Shown: positions 31,383 through 42,419 of the stretch, one piece after another
How the letters are laid out: every line of letters begins with the position of its first letter
How positions within the stretch are numbered: position 1 is the first letter of the stretch
Assembly: GCA_963663765.2 (NCBI GenBank)
Contig: CAXXUA010000005.1
Span: 1,088,001 to 1,152,000, forward strand
DNA from: Candidatus Poribacteria bacterium
Lineage (GTDB): Bacteria; Poribacteria; WGA-4E; WGA-3G
Length of the DNA stretch: 64,000 bases
Direction: 5' to 3'
The notes under the pieces: generated by a model
Seen by the model: only the letters and a program-made list of their open reading frames with translations
The model's database searches: none
Told to the model about the DNA's origin: nothing
Translations under genes and position numbers: made by a program

Positions 31383-32972
31383 CTAATTGTCTGAAATTAA
31401 TACCGACATACCATCCTTAATTAGATTTTGATTATCAACTATCACACGTGTTGTTTGTGCAAGAGGTGAACGAATCTCTACTTCGTTACCATAAACACCT
31501 GCAACATTTATCTCTTTGAGTCGCGCGACATTTTCCTCTATAACATAGACATGACCCTTGCCGTTCTGAATATACATCACTGCACGATGAGGTAGCAGCA
31601 ACACATCTTTCCGTTCACCCGTCTTGATTGATATTGTAATAGAAGTCCCAGGTTTCAATGCACTGTTAGTACCTGAAGTTGCAGGATCGCTGTCTATATA
31701 TGTCCTAATAGCATTTGCTATTGTTGCATGGACAAGCACACTGTTTTCTCCCTCTTTAACCGTAGGACTAATAAAGTCAATTGTAGCAAGAATATTCCCT
31801 ATACCTGACGCAGTTGAAACAAGCACCATATCACCAGTGTCTATTCGGCTAACGTCACTTACAGGGACATTCCAAACAGCCTTGAGTGTGTCAACCGCTA
31901 TGACAGTATACACCGGCACACCAGAGACAGCAGCAGATTTTGCATAGTCACCTAACTCCAAGTGACGATGCGCAACTACTCCATCAATTGGCGAAGTGAT
32001 AACCGCTTCATTTACCTGTTCGCGGGCAAGTTTCAACTGTTCCTCTGCTTCACTGACACCAGACTGCGCTATGGCAATCTCACGTTCCCACGCTTTTGCT
32101 TCAACAAGTTTTTGTGCTGTGACAAGGTTGGATTTCGCTTGAACAACCTTTGATGCTGACGCAGCGATTTCGCGTTCCCATCCCTTATTTTCAACTATCT
32201 TACGGGCTACCGCTAATTCTGCTTTCGTTTTTTCCACCGTCACTTGAGCGGTACCATCTTCAAACTGTTTTGCTGCAGCAACTGCTTCTTCATGACGACT
32301 TTGCACCAACTTGTATCGTGTTTCTGAGGTTTCAAACGCACTATCACTAATTAGTTCCTTTTTGTGCAGTTCCTTATCTCGTTCATAATCCGAAGTCGCT
32401 TTATCAAACTCCGTTTTCGCTCTCTCCAACCCTTGTTCCGCACTCACTTTTGAACGTTCAAGGTTTGCTTCTGCTGCTTTGAATGCAGATTCAGCCTGTA
32501 CAAGCTTGTTCCGTATACGCATTTCAGCGAGCGATTTAGTCTCTTCAAGTTTTGCTTCGGCATCTGCAACTGCTTCTTTCGCAGTAACCAGTTGCGTTTC
32601 AATACGCGTTTGCGCGTTTGCCTCCGTTGTGGTTAGTTGTGACTTTGCGACACTCAATGCTACTTCTGCTTTTATCGCATCAATACTAACTTGACTGGCA
32701 CTGCTTTGTGCAAGCACATCACCTTTTTTTACGGTTTGTCCTGCTTCTGCATTCAGTTCCACAATTTTTCCTGTGATGTTCGCATATACCTTGACCTCTG
32801 CACGAGGTTGCAAAAGTCCACTGTAACTCTTTTCGGACACAATGCTAACCTGTCGGGGTGTCTCAACATTGACGGAGATTGCCTGTTGTACATCTTGTGA
32901 AATCACATCAATGACGATAGCACAACATAAAAACAGTGTCATCGAAACTACAATAATATAAATCGCTTTCAA
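31383..32972 (-). CDS. RND-type efflux periplasmic adaptor (membrane fusion protein) with long coiled coil
   Basis: 'GKIVEL..EAGQTVKKGDVLA' and 'ITSPIDGVV' lipoyl halves flanking an extended helical hairpin. Confidence 0.85.
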   Translation of the reverse strand: MKAIYIIVVSMTLFLCCAIVIDVISQDVQQAISVNVETPRQVSIVSEKSYSGLLQPRAEVKVYANITGKIVELNAEAGQTVKKGDVLAQSSASQVSIDAIKAEVALSVAKSQLTTTEANAQTRIETQLVTAKEAVADAEAKLEETKSLAEMRIRNKLVQAESAFKAAEANLERSKVSAEQGLERAKTEFDKATSDYERDKELHKKELISDSAFETSETRYKLVQSRHEEAVAAAKQFEDGTAQVTVEKTKAELAVARKIVENKGWEREIAASASKVVQAKSNLVTAQKLVEAKAWEREIAIAQSGVSEAEEQLKLAREQVNEAVITSPIDGVVAHRHLELGDYAKSAAVSGVPVYTVIAVDTLKAVWNVPVSDVSRIDTGDMVLVSTASGIGNILATIDFISPTVKEGENSVLVHATIANAIRTYIDSDPATSGTNSALKPGTSITISIKTGERKDVLLLPHRAVMYIQNGKGHVYVIEENVARLKEINVAGVYGNEVEIRSPLAQTTRVIVDNQNLIKDGMSVLISDN

Positions 32973-33060
32973 TCCTGATACCTCCCTTCACAATAAAGAA
33001 AAGGGTTTCTACATCTACGGTAAGACATGCATCTCAATTACCGTTATCCAGCAGAAAACC

Positions 33061-33600
33061 CTATTCGGTCTTTAGTTTATCTTTGAAATCTTTTGAAAAC
33101 TTTTTCATTTTAGGATGAATCACGAATTGGCAGTAAGGTTGTGTGGGATTCATTTCAAAATAACTTTGGTGATAGTCTTCTGCAGGATAAAAAACATCTA
33201 TAGCAGTAATTTCAGTTACAATCGGGTCGTCCCATATCCCAGATTTATTCATCTTTGCTTTAGATTCTTCAGCGCTCCTTTGTTGTGTTTCAGAATGATA
33301 ATAAATTGCTGACCGATACTGCGTACCAACATCGTTGCCTTGACGGTTTAACGTGGTCGGATCGTGTGTTTGCCAAAAAACTTCCAGTAATTCTTCATAA
33401 GAGATTACATCTGGATCAAACTCAATCTGTGCCACCTCAGCGTGTCCTGTCGTTCCTGCGCATACTTCACGATAATTGGGATTGATAGTGTTACCACCAG
33501 TATAGCCTGAAACTACCTTGTGCACACCTTCTAACTGCTCAAAAACTGCTTCTACACACCAAAAACAACCCGCACCAAACGTTGCTGTTGCTAATTCCAT
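33061..33600 (-). CDS. msrA: Peptide methionine sulfoxide reductase A
   Basis: 'GCFWC', 'GHAE', 'HDPTTLNRQGND.GTQYRS', 'AEDYHQ'. Confidence 0.97.
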   Translation of the reverse strand: MELATATFGAGCFWCVEAVFEQLEGVHKVVSGYTGGNTINPNYREVCAGTTGHAEVAQIEFDPDVISYEELLEVFWQTHDPTTLNRQGNDVGTQYRSAIYYHSETQQRSAEESKAKMNKSGIWDDPIVTEITAIDVFYPAEDYHQSYFEMNPTQPYCQFVIHPKMKKFSKDFKDKLKTE

Positions 33601-33911
33601 TTTCTTATTTGCGGTTTCAACATGTCGTTGGAAACCACACTACTCCTTACATCCTAAAAAAATGCTGATAATTACATCATTTTCATCATAATTCATGATT
33701 AAATCAAGTAAACTGCGTAAGTCCTGTACGATTTTCCACTCTTTAGTCCCGTAGGGACGATATGTTTGTTCTAACCATGACATATAAACATATCGTCCCT
33801 AAAGAAGATTAATTTATTAATTCGGTAATAAATACTCTCACACGGTAGGTGGGGAATGCCATAAGGCATTCATACCGTTGATTTGGTGATTCCGTACACC
33901 AATCCGATTCA

Positions 33912-34343
33912 TCAACTCACAATCCGCTGCTGTTCAAGCACCTCAATTTTTCGGTTAAGCTCCTCAAGTCTTCTCTCAAAGTCCCTTTGTTGCCTACCTT
34001 GCATCACAGAGATAAACTGCGGAATCCCGATAGCAACAACTATCAACGCAATCAACCCATAAGTGATGTTGATCCCATATGTGACCCGTTTATCAACACT
34101 GTCAAAACGTTTATCAACACTGTCAAAACGTTTATCAACACTGTCAAAACGTTTATCAACACTGTCAAATCTGACATTCACATAATCCTTTATCCGTGTT
34201 TCCGAGTTTGCTATCTCTTCCTTGACGACATCGTTGACAATCAACCTGATTTTATCCAGGTCTTCGGTAGATAGCGAAACTTGGCTGAATGCTGGCACAG
34301 CAATAAGACTATATAAAATTGCAGTTAAACATAAAGTTCTCAT
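33912..34343 (-). CDS. Small exported/membrane coiled-coil protein with RFDSVDK heptad repeats
   Basis: Signal peptide, four 21-bp tandem repeats (~34088-34171), TM helix. Confidence 0.75.
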   Translation of the reverse strand: MRTLCLTAILYSLIAVPAFSQVSLSTEDLDKIRLIVNDVVKEEIANSETRIKDYVNVRFDSVDKRFDSVDKRFDSVDKRFDSVDKRVTYGINITYGLIALIVVAIGIPQFISVMQGRQQRDFERRLEELNRKIEVLEQQRIVS

Positions 34344-34533
34344 TTGCGTGGCTCCTTTATGTATAGTGTAGTCTATTTATATTTGTTTGTCAACATGAAC
34401 ATTTATGGCTTAGAAAACGCTTAGCATAAGTAAGATAACCAATTGCAGAAGTCTTATCCGCGTCATCCGCGATGCTGTACCCAATCCGCTTCATCTGCAA
34501 AATCCGCAATTCAGATAAAAACCAAGATCCATA

Positions 34534-35484
34534 TCACAAAAACATCTCCAAATCGGGATGAGGATCTAACATTTCCCGCAGACAAGTATCCCAATATAAC
34601 ACACAATACCGTATAAACTCGTCTGACCGATTATCTTGTTCAAGGTAATTCTCTATCCAGTCTAATAGACGTTGGCGAGGTGCAGCACGAATCTCACCAG
34701 CCTCTTCATCAAATACAACGTCTCGGAAATCACTCAATGTGTCAACCTCTAACTGCAAATCGGGTTGAAAATACAACGCCAAATTTGCCATTATACGGAG
34801 AGTAAGTAACTGAATTGGATCCACTGCGATGCTAAGCGGCGGGTCAACCGAAAAGACATCATCAAGCGGCAAGGCTTGAACATAATCCCAACGCGTCTCA
34901 ATATAATCCAACTGTTGACGAACAATCTCCATATCAGAAAGATGCGTGATGTTTCGCGGTTGATGTTTGTCCTTGATTGTTACCTGTGCTCTGCTGATAG
35001 TTGTTTTATAGGTAGACAACGCATCTAAAAATTCTGCTTCTGCATGATTATATATACGGATGCTATCAATATCAAGATGACTGATGGATTCCGGTGGTTG
35101 AATAAACGCATTTTCAAGAAGATATTCGGCTTTTTTCACCAGTTTATCAGTCAACGTATTGCCGATTTGGAAAAACTTGACGATCGGATTTGCAATAAGC
35201 ACACTCACCGCTTTGTCCAAATTACCCTTGCTGCCATATTCTAAACCGAGACTTGTAAGAGCAAAGGAAGTTCGAATTTGAGCACGAAGTTCCGATTGAT
35301 CGGAAAGATCAGATACCTTCATCGTAATCAGTTTATGTGCCAATACTGCAATATCCTCGGAGAGTGTTTCCGATTTATCAGTATCAATTTTACCAAGAGC
35401 ATCGCCATGTATTAAGGTCTGTGCTAAGAAAGACCTGCTATCAAGAACTGAATCGGCAACAAGGGAAAACTTATTCGTCGCCAT
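34534..35484 (-). CDS. Hypothetical protein, DUF6178 C-terminal-like
   Basis: 'TSLGLEY....D.A...L...P....FQIG' resembles the DUF6178 C-half; overlaps the upstream gene end. Confidence 0.5.
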   Translation of the reverse strand: MATNKFSLVADSVLDSRSFLAQTLIHGDALGKIDTDKSETLSEDIAVLAHKLITMKVSDLSDQSELRAQIRTSFALTSLGLEYGSKGNLDKAVSVLIANPIVKFFQIGNTLTDKLVKKAEYLLENAFIQPPESISHLDIDSIRIYNHAEAEFLDALSTYKTTISRAQVTIKDKHQPRNITHLSDMEIVRQQLDYIETRWDYVQALPLDDVFSVDPPLSIAVDPIQLLTLRIMANLALYFQPDLQLEVDTLSDFRDVVFDEEAGEIRAAPRQRLLDWIENYLEQDNRSDEFIRYCVLYWDTCLREMLDPHPDLEMFL

Positions 35485-36274
35485 TTTCTGCCTCGTCCTC
35501 AGCAAGTTCAAGCGCATCTAAATCAACATGTTCTTTCAGCTCAGATTCAGTGATCTTGATCCCAGTTTTCTCATCGCGCGCTTTCACCCGTTCATCTCTC
35601 TCAGCTTTCACCTTGTCTAACGCAGACGCTAATTCCTTATCTACATCCCCTTCTTTGTCAATAGCAAACATTTCACGGAGTAACTGATTGAAAAGGTCGT
35701 TATCTGCTTCCCAAATCGCATTGAGCACCGCTTTTGCTTGCTCATCCTTGCATTCAATTGATGCAGAATTCGGATCAATGATACCTTCATCAATGAGCAA
35801 TGCACTGAGTGCACCTTTCAACTTTACACGATTCTTGAGGAGACCAGCAAAAATACGTATATCCATCTGTCCGAGTAAACGACTGAGATCTTTTCTATCA
35901 CATTCAGACAACTCAAACAGCCACAGACTCACCGATTTTTCATCTAATTTGCCATCGTTCCAGAGGGCAATATCAATGATCTCCTCAAATTGTTCATTGG
36001 ACAAACACGGTAGTAATCCACACGCAAGACCGGTTCCAAGAAGCGTATCTAATACCTGTAACACATCTTCGGTGGGACTTTCCTGAATTAACTCAGTACA
36101 ATCCGGAACAAGATAGTATAATTCTTCACGCAATCTTGGGTTGCGGGTAGCACTGATTATATCAAGTTGTTGCTCTTTTTCGTAACTTTGGAAAAGTTGT
36201 TCAGCTTCACGTGTGGGTAACGACAATAATTTCTTGGCTTCTGATTGCGGGACAACCAATTTTCGGCTGTTCAT
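35471..36274 (-). CDS. Hypothetical protein, DUF6178 N-terminal-like
   Basis: 'LSNEQFEEIIDIALW..G.LD......WL' pattern; ATG 36274 follows a GGAGG RBS. Confidence 0.55.
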   Translation of the reverse strand: MNSRKLVVPQSEAKKLLSLPTREAEQLFQSYEKEQQLDIISATRNPRLREELYYLVPDCTELIQESPTEDVLQVLDTLLGTGLACGLLPCLSNEQFEEIIDIALWNDGKLDEKSVSLWLFELSECDRKDLSRLLGQMDIRIFAGLLKNRVKLKGALSALLIDEGIIDPNSASIECKDEQAKAVLNAIWEADNDLFNQLLREMFAIDKEGDVDKELASALDKVKAERDERVKARDEKTGIKITESELKEHVDLDALELAEDEAENGDE

Positions 36275-36396
36275 TCCAACCCTCCAGGTGGGCAATGCGA
36301 GGTGTCGCGTTTTATTGAAAATGACTATATATTTTTGTGTTTTTGGGTAATTCGGTTTGCTGTAGGTTGACATTACCACCCTACAGCAACAGTCTG

Positions 36397-36495
36397 CAAC
36401 GTATCTCATAAATGGTAAGAGGAGGTTTCTAACCCCGAATTACCAGACACACAATCCTATGAATTTGGACAAAATCGCATTTATGAGATACGTTG
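36397..36495. mobile_element. MITE-like element (cgtatctcataaat ends)
   Basis: Perfect TIR caacgtatctcataaat / atttatgagatacgttg; related copies in the WD40 spacers (~16663-16767, ~19027-19200). Confidence 0.75.
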
Positions 36496-36503
36496 TATCC
36501 AGT

Positions 36504-37268
36504 TTAGAAGTTGTTCCTGACAAAGTTCATGTTCTTAGCGGCTGACGCAATCGGGTCATCTTTCGCGGGGGTTTCCAAAACAAACCAACTATCATAACCA
36601 ATCGCACGGGCAGACTCAAATACAGCAGTAAAGTCAACATCTCCTTCACCAGCGTGGTTACCACCAGTGTCCTTGATGTGTATTTGCACGATTGAACTGC
36701 CTAAACTACGTATCTCTGATGCAGAATCGAAACCGAGACCCGTTGCATTACCCATATCATAATACACTCCGACATGTTTTGAACCAACTTGGTCAATAAT
36801 CTGTTGATGCTGATCCGCACTCAATGTGGATTCAATAGCAAGATAAACGTCGTGCTTTTCTGCAGTTTCTGCAGCAGCCTTCACACCATCAAGGAAGCGA
36901 GGTGCTGTGATATGCTCATCTTCGATCTTACCACCACCAAAAAACGGCACAAGGACAACATTTGTGCCTAATTTCGGGCATGTTTCCGAAAGATATTGCA
37001 ACTTCGCAATGCCTTCAGACCGAACACTATCTATTGGATTCATAAATGAATATGCTGTAAAACCCCCTGGGGAGAGCGATGAGACCTCAATATCAGCTTC
37101 TTCTGCAAGACTATTGACCTTATCAATACCACCTTCCTGCCAAAGTGTGTGCTGCCGATAATCTCTTCCCATACAGAGTTCTATACCATCAAAACCGATC
37201 TCTTTAGCCTTCTTAAACGATGCTTCAAACGGGACACGAAGCATACCGTCTCTAATACCTACTTTCAT
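36504..37268 (-). CDS. Sugar phosphate isomerase/epimerase (xylose-isomerase-like TIM barrel)
   Basis: 'GFDGIEL', 'LAIE', 'YYDMGN', 'IHIKD', 'LET'. Confidence 0.9.
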   Translation of the reverse strand: MKVGIRDGMLRVPFEASFKKAKEIGFDGIELCMGRDYRQHTLWQEGGIDKVNSLAEEADIEVSSLSPGGFTAYSFMNPIDSVRSEGIAKLQYLSETCPKLGTNVVLVPFFGGGKIEDEHITAPRFLDGVKAAAETAEKHDVYLAIESTLSADQHQQIIDQVGSKHVGVYYDMGNATGLGFDSASEIRSLGSSIVQIHIKDTGGNHAGEGDVDFTAVFESARAIGYDSWFVLETPAKDDPIASAAKNMNFVRNNF

Positions 37269-37539
37269 ATTTTCCCTCCTGTTGATTTTGAATTGTAACA
37301 TATTCAGTTGTCATTTTTCAAATTGAATTTTATATTTAAAAATTAGCAGTCAGACAACAGACAACAGACAACAGACAAGATTATACCAATTCAAATAAAT
37401 CTTGTCTCATTAAGGAATTCTACTGTTTACTGGCAGGGGGTTACTCTCTTCGGTAGGAGCGACCTCCCGGTCGCGACCGGGAGGTCGCTCCTACCAGATT
37501 TCCGCTGCTAATGAGACATTATCACATGAAAATGGTATT

Positions 37540-37629
37540 ATACCCAATTAACGTGAGTCGTCTTGCTAAGTGTGCGGTTAGGAAACCGCACCTACCGTTG
37601 GAAAAAGATAAATTACGTTAATTTGGTAT
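37540..37629. mobile_element. ~90-bp MITE (copy 3), abutting another REP-containing element at ~37382-37540
   Basis: Near-identical to 9002-9091. Confidence 0.85.
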
Positions 37630-37760
37630 TACTTATGCTGAATTCTAAAATAAATATCCTTGCATGATCTAATAATTATATTGACAGATTCACCTATAAC
37701 TTGTAAAGTATAACAAGTTAAAATAGGACTGCTACCATCACAATAAAGGAAAACAAACAC

Positions 37761-38231
37761 ATGAATGGTACCGAAAAAGTCATAAAACACTTAGAACTGA
37801 TACAAGTCGTAATCAACCGTATGGGTCTGAATAGTTTTCTGTTAAAAGGCGGAAGCATCGTATTTGTCATCACATCACAAGTCACTTATGTTTCACTGTT
37901 TTTCTTTGCTTTAAAAAAAGATTCAGTTGTACCCGAGGAAGCCTTCTATGTCCTTATTTTGAATGCTGGTATGCTGATAGTCCTAATTCTCGGATTTTGG
38001 ATTCTGGATGGATTCTTCCTCAGAAAGGAACGGTTGTTTCAATACCACTACGATGCAATCAGAAAACAGGACGATACCGATTTTAACATGAATGTCAGAA
38101 TTCACAAGACTATGCCAAAATGTAGTTGGAGATCGGTTGTTTTTTCTGCTACAACGTTGATATTTTATTTAATAGAAATCATCTTTATATCATTTCTACC
38201 TGCAATATTTTTAGTTGCGTTTCTATCATGA
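37761..38231 (+). CDS. Small multi-TM membrane protein
   Basis: 'KHLELIQVVINRMGLNSFLLKG...FWILDGFFLRKERLF..HYD'; RBS and upstream TTGACA at 37681. Confidence 0.7.
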   Translation: MNGTEKVIKHLELIQVVINRMGLNSFLLKGGSIVFVITSQVTYVSLFFFALKKDSVVPEEAFYVLILNAGMLIVLILGFWILDGFFLRKERLFQYHYDAIRKQDDTDFNMNVRIHKTMPKCSWRSVVFSATTLIFYLIEIIFISFLPAIFLVAFLS

Positions 38232-38268
38232 ATCTAACGTTTATTCGAAGAAACCAAAAATATTTTAC

Positions 38269-39597
38269 CTATTCACTGTACTCAGTTCTATCCGTATTCC
38301 CACCGTATTTCATCGCATAAACCAGCATGTTAGTCATAAACCGATAGACATCGGGTGAACGCCGCAGACGCAACATCGTACGGCTCGCAATTTCTGTCGT
38401 CTCCATCGCGCACATATAGTCTTTCCGATTGTAAATAACAGCTAACCGACCATCAATGATAATCCCCTTTTGATACCGAAATTGTGTGGGTTGTGCGTTA
38501 TTTTCATTCCCCCAGAACACATCACCCCCCTGTGGAGGTTTTGATAAGTTATAATGGATAGTATATATTTCATGCTCATGCGGTAGAATATCAAGTGGAT
38601 AGTCCGGAAAAATCTGTTGTAACTCATCGGCAACGATATTTGCGAATAGTCCGTGAAAACCGCAGTCATCAAAAAAGAGCATTCCCCCTTCAACAACAAT
38701 ATATTTCCGTAGTGCAGCACGTTCTGCTTGAGTGAACCCTTTCTGCAATGGACCATCTCTTGCAAGTCCACGTCCGGCAGTAATATCAGTATCGTGTCCT
38801 GTCATCACAATGAGGGGTGCATCCAAAATCTTTGGATCTGTCAAAGACAGCGCACCTCCAGCAAAATTCATATCAGAGCGAATTTGTGTGTACCTGTCCA
38901 TCCATTTCATGAGCGCAGGTAGTGCCGTTGGGTCTTGCCACCAATCAGAGAGTGAGTGTTTTAGCCTAATGATTCGGATATGACCACGAATGTTTTTGCC
39001 AGTACCCTTCAGAATCGCACCCAATTGTCTTGGCGGTAACATAATAGGATTTCGCAATTCAGTAGAAACATTGTCATTCATGTTGTTATCAGGCAAGTCC
39101 GTGTCAAGAAACTCACTAAATCCTTCTGTAGCATAAGTATTATGCTTAGGACTCACAACAAGAGGAGTTCGAGATTTTATCTTATCAGGTGTTGATGGCA
39201 CAGTCGGCACAACTATACCAGAACGCTGCAAAGGATTATTAGCACGTTGTGTGGACTCTATCTGGAAATTTGGGTTTGAATCAGCATCGGGATTTACCAA
39301 CTCTGTTTTGTATGTAGGGGACGTGTTCGGAACTGATGTGAAGGTTTTTGGTGCTTGAACGATTGATGGTATAGGAGTTTGCATGGGGTTAACTTGACGT
39401 TGGATTGTGTCACGTAATACTATTTCATTTGGACGTTTAGGGGTAAAATATTTTGGTCGGTATTTAGTAATTTCTACATCAATGGAATCCTCAGTAAATT
39501 TCCAATACTGTTCGGTAAAAAACAACCCGACAATTGCTGCCAAAATGAGATGAATTAACACTGATGCGATAACCGCATGAACACGTTTCTGTTTCAT
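38269..39597 (-). CDS. DUF4159-domain protein with N-terminal TM anchor
   Basis: 'SVLIHLIL' anchor, Pro-rich linker, 'MTGH...ERAALRKYI..GGMLFFDDC', 'DGRLAVIY'. Confidence 0.8.
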   Translation of the reverse strand: MKQKRVHAVIASVLIHLILAAIVGLFFTEQYWKFTEDSIDVEITKYRPKYFTPKRPNEIVLRDTIQRQVNPMQTPIPSIVQAPKTFTSVPNTSPTYKTELVNPDADSNPNFQIESTQRANNPLQRSGIVVPTVPSTPDKIKSRTPLVVSPKHNTYATEGFSEFLDTDLPDNNMNDNVSTELRNPIMLPPRQLGAILKGTGKNIRGHIRIIRLKHSLSDWWQDPTALPALMKWMDRYTQIRSDMNFAGGALSLTDPKILDAPLIVMTGHDTDITAGRGLARDGPLQKGFTQAERAALRKYIVVEGGMLFFDDCGFHGLFANIVADELQQIFPDYPLDILPHEHEIYTIHYNLSKPPQGGDVFWGNENNAQPTQFRYQKGIIIDGRLAVIYNRKDYMCAMETTEIASRTMLRLRRSPDVYRFMTNMLVYAMKYGGNTDRTEYSE

Positions 39598-39752
39598 TAT
39601 GGCATTCGTACCGTTGATTTCTTGATTTCTTTATTTCTTGATTTTGCACTGAAAACATAAACAATGCTGAAAATTACATCATTTTCAGCACAATTCTTGA
39701 TTAAATCATGAAAACTGCAAAACTCCTGCTTACAGGATTAGAGTTCGGAACA

Positions 39753-41060
39753 TCAAACCCTTTTACTATTCATCAGTTCCTCAATTGCATCAATTTCTTT
39801 TGGCACAACATCAGTTAGCACTTCACAACCCGATTCTGTGACAAGTATATCATCTTCAATGCGCACACCTATACCGAGGTATTTGGTAGGAACTTTCTTT
39901 GTACCTTCTGCAACGTAGAGGCCGGGTTCAATTGTCAAAACCATTCCAGGTTCAAAAGTTTTGTATTCACCCTCAGCATCGCGCACGCAATTAACATCAT
40001 GCACATCCAACCCAAGCATATGTCCAACACGATACATATAAAACTGTTTGTATGCTTCTTTCTTAATCAACTTTTTCGCTTTGCCTTTTAAAAGACCGAG
40101 ACTCAGCATGCCCTCTGTTAGCAACTCAATAGATTTTTGGTGCGGCTCATCAATAGATACACCCGGACGGATCGTATCAATAATAGCATAATGCGCATCA
40201 AGGACAATTTGATAAATCTCCCTTTGCGCATCAGTAAATGTGCCGTTAACGGGGAAAGTGCGGGTTACGTCTCCACAGTACCGTTGATATTCAGCACCGG
40301 CATCAATGAGAACAAGTGTGTTGTCTTTGATTTCGCAGTTGTTCGTGGTGTAATGAAGTGTCGTTGCATTTCCTCCACCTGCAACAATTGTGGGAAAAGC
40401 AGCACCGTTTGCACCACTGCTGCGAAAAGTTGCGTCTACAATCCCTTCTAACTCGTATTCGTACATCCCCGGTCGTGCTGCAACCATTGCAGCAATATGA
40501 CCATCTACTGTTATGTCTGTAGCCTGTCTGATTCGCTGCAATTCCTCCTCATTTTTTATCAACCGCATTTCACTCAAAATAGGGGAAGGATCAACAAGCG
40601 TATGGATACCTTTGCCTAATCGGATACGCGACCTCACAGATTGCTTAAAACGGCTAAGTAACGCATCATCTACATGCTTATTAGAACCGAGAGTGTAATA
40701 GAGACTTTCAGCATCCGCTAAATACTTACCTATCTTCTTATCAAACTTATTTATTGAATATGCCTTATCTGCACCATAGATGGCACAAGCATCCTTAACA
40801 CCGACTCGTTTTCCATTCCAGATTTCAGCTCTTTCATCTTTCGGCAGAACAAAAAGTATATACTTATGTTTAGGATGGTCAGGCGCAATCACACAAATTG
40901 ATTCCTGCTCATCAAAACCCGTAAGATAATAAAAATTCGGATCAGGACTATAAATATGTTCAGTGTCGTGATTACGCATGGTAACGGGAGCGTTTGCAAA
41001 TATCGCTACTCCACCAGAACCCATCTGTTCTATAAAGTCTTTGCGTATTTTTGTATGCAT
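39753..41060 (-). CDS. pepP: Xaa-Pro aminopeptidase
   Basis: 'NFYYLTGF', 'MRLIK', 'LIDAGAE...GDVTRTFP', 'GHMLGLDVHD', 'GVRIEDD'. Confidence 0.93.
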   Translation of the reverse strand: MHTKIRKDFIEQMGSGGVAIFANAPVTMRNHDTEHIYSPDPNFYYLTGFDEQESICVIAPDHPKHKYILFVLPKDERAEIWNGKRVGVKDACAIYGADKAYSINKFDKKIGKYLADAESLYYTLGSNKHVDDALLSRFKQSVRSRIRLGKGIHTLVDPSPILSEMRLIKNEEELQRIRQATDITVDGHIAAMVAARPGMYEYELEGIVDATFRSSGANGAAFPTIVAGGGNATTLHYTTNNCEIKDNTLVLIDAGAEYQRYCGDVTRTFPVNGTFTDAQREIYQIVLDAHYAIIDTIRPGVSIDEPHQKSIELLTEGMLSLGLLKGKAKKLIKKEAYKQFYMYRVGHMLGLDVHDVNCVRDAEGEYKTFEPGMVLTIEPGLYVAEGTKKVPTKYLGIGVRIEDDILVTESGCEVLTDVVPKEIDAIEELMNSKRV

Positions 41061-41229
41061 ATAATTCTTTCCTAAATATCAACATTACAAGGCACTCAAA
41101 GTCTATATTACACATTACAACCTATCTCAAAAATGGTAGTAGGAACTTCTAACCTATATTTACCATACACACGATCCGGCGAATTTGAACAAAATCGCAC
41201 TTATCATATACGATGTAGAATAATTGTGT

Positions 41230-42213
41230 TTAGATATAACTAATGGGAGTGCCAATTTTACCAATTAAACCGCCACTGGAGACCATCGGATAAACTGGAT
41301 GAGACCAAAATATTCCCTCTGCCGGACTGTGAACGACTTCTACGACCTGTCCAAACACATCACGAATCTCAGCTATCGGTTGACGTGCTTCCAATGGATC
41401 ATACAATTCGACTTTGTAATATACAAATCCACCTTTATTACTGAGGATAGATACAAATTTATTAACAACAATCTGTTTGTCAGGTAATTCAGGTTTTCCA
41501 TCAATGAATTTGTAGTGCTTAAGCACGTTAAGAACACCTTTGACACCTTTGTCGATGCTGGTAGAATCCCATCCGTGCGTACCACCAAGCTCGGGGTCAA
41601 TGGTCGGTATACCAATATCGGGTGCTGCTTGTGCCAGTTGTCCTCTCGGTCCTCTTTGATCCAAAATAAAACCTATACCGAAGACGCGTGCCAATGTAAG
41701 GCAAGCCTTGTGACTTTTATGTTTCTCTCCAACACGTACACGCACCTCATCTATCATCGGTTGCACACCACCTTGATGCAAGTCAATACAGTAGTCAGCT
41801 TGTCGAATTGCTTGCTCAAACAACTGATGCGCGATACGTTCACTTGATGTTCCATCAGAACGCCCAGGAAAACAACGGTTCATCTTTACGTTGTCAACTG
41901 GACTATACGCCTGTTTTGCATGGAAGGCATGCACATTGAGAACCGGGACTATAATAAGTCTACCACATAAGTCAGCGGGGTCAATCTGTTGTAAAATTTC
42001 GTGAACAACAGCAATCCCGTTTAACTCATTTCCATCACTTATCGCTTGAATATAGAGTGTTTTTCCCCGTTGCGTCCCATTGATAAGAACAATAGGCACA
42101 CGTATTGGTGTGCCGTCTGGGAGAATACCGATAGATAAATGTCCTTCGACTTGAGTACCAGGTTCTGCAACAATTGAACCAACGGACAGGTTGTTGGAGT
42201 TCGTTTTACGCAT
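41230..42213 (-). CDS. Succinylglutamate desuccinylase/aspartoacylase family protein
   Basis: 'SDGNELNG', 'MNRCFPG..DG..SER', 'IDLHQG', 'ELGG'. Confidence 0.85.
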   Translation of the reverse strand: MRKTNSNNLSVGSIVAEPGTQVEGHLSIGILPDGTPIRVPIVLINGTQRGKTLYIQAISDGNELNGIAVVHEILQQIDPADLCGRLIIVPVLNVHAFHAKQAYSPVDNVKMNRCFPGRSDGTSSERIAHQLFEQAIRQADYCIDLHQGGVQPMIDEVRVRVGEKHKSHKACLTLARVFGIGFILDQRGPRGQLAQAAPDIGIPTIDPELGGTHGWDSTSIDKGVKGVLNVLKHYKFIDGKPELPDKQIVVNKFVSILSNKGGFVYYKVELYDPLEARQPIAEIRDVFGQVVEVVHSPAEGIFWSHPVYPMVSSGGLIGKIGTPISYI

Positions 42214-42419
42214 TCGGTTGAGTCTCAATTTTCCTTCTATTCGACTAATTGCTTGCATTTTAATATAACAGAATTAACGAAAGGTGTCAAGTGGCAGGAT
42301 TATTTAGTTTTCGGTTTTTCTTGTATTATCTTCACAAATGTTAAATTTCCCGTGACGGCAGGTAGGGTTTCCTAACCGTACCATAAACGTCAATTTAAGG
42401 ATTTTGACCTCCTTGTGGG

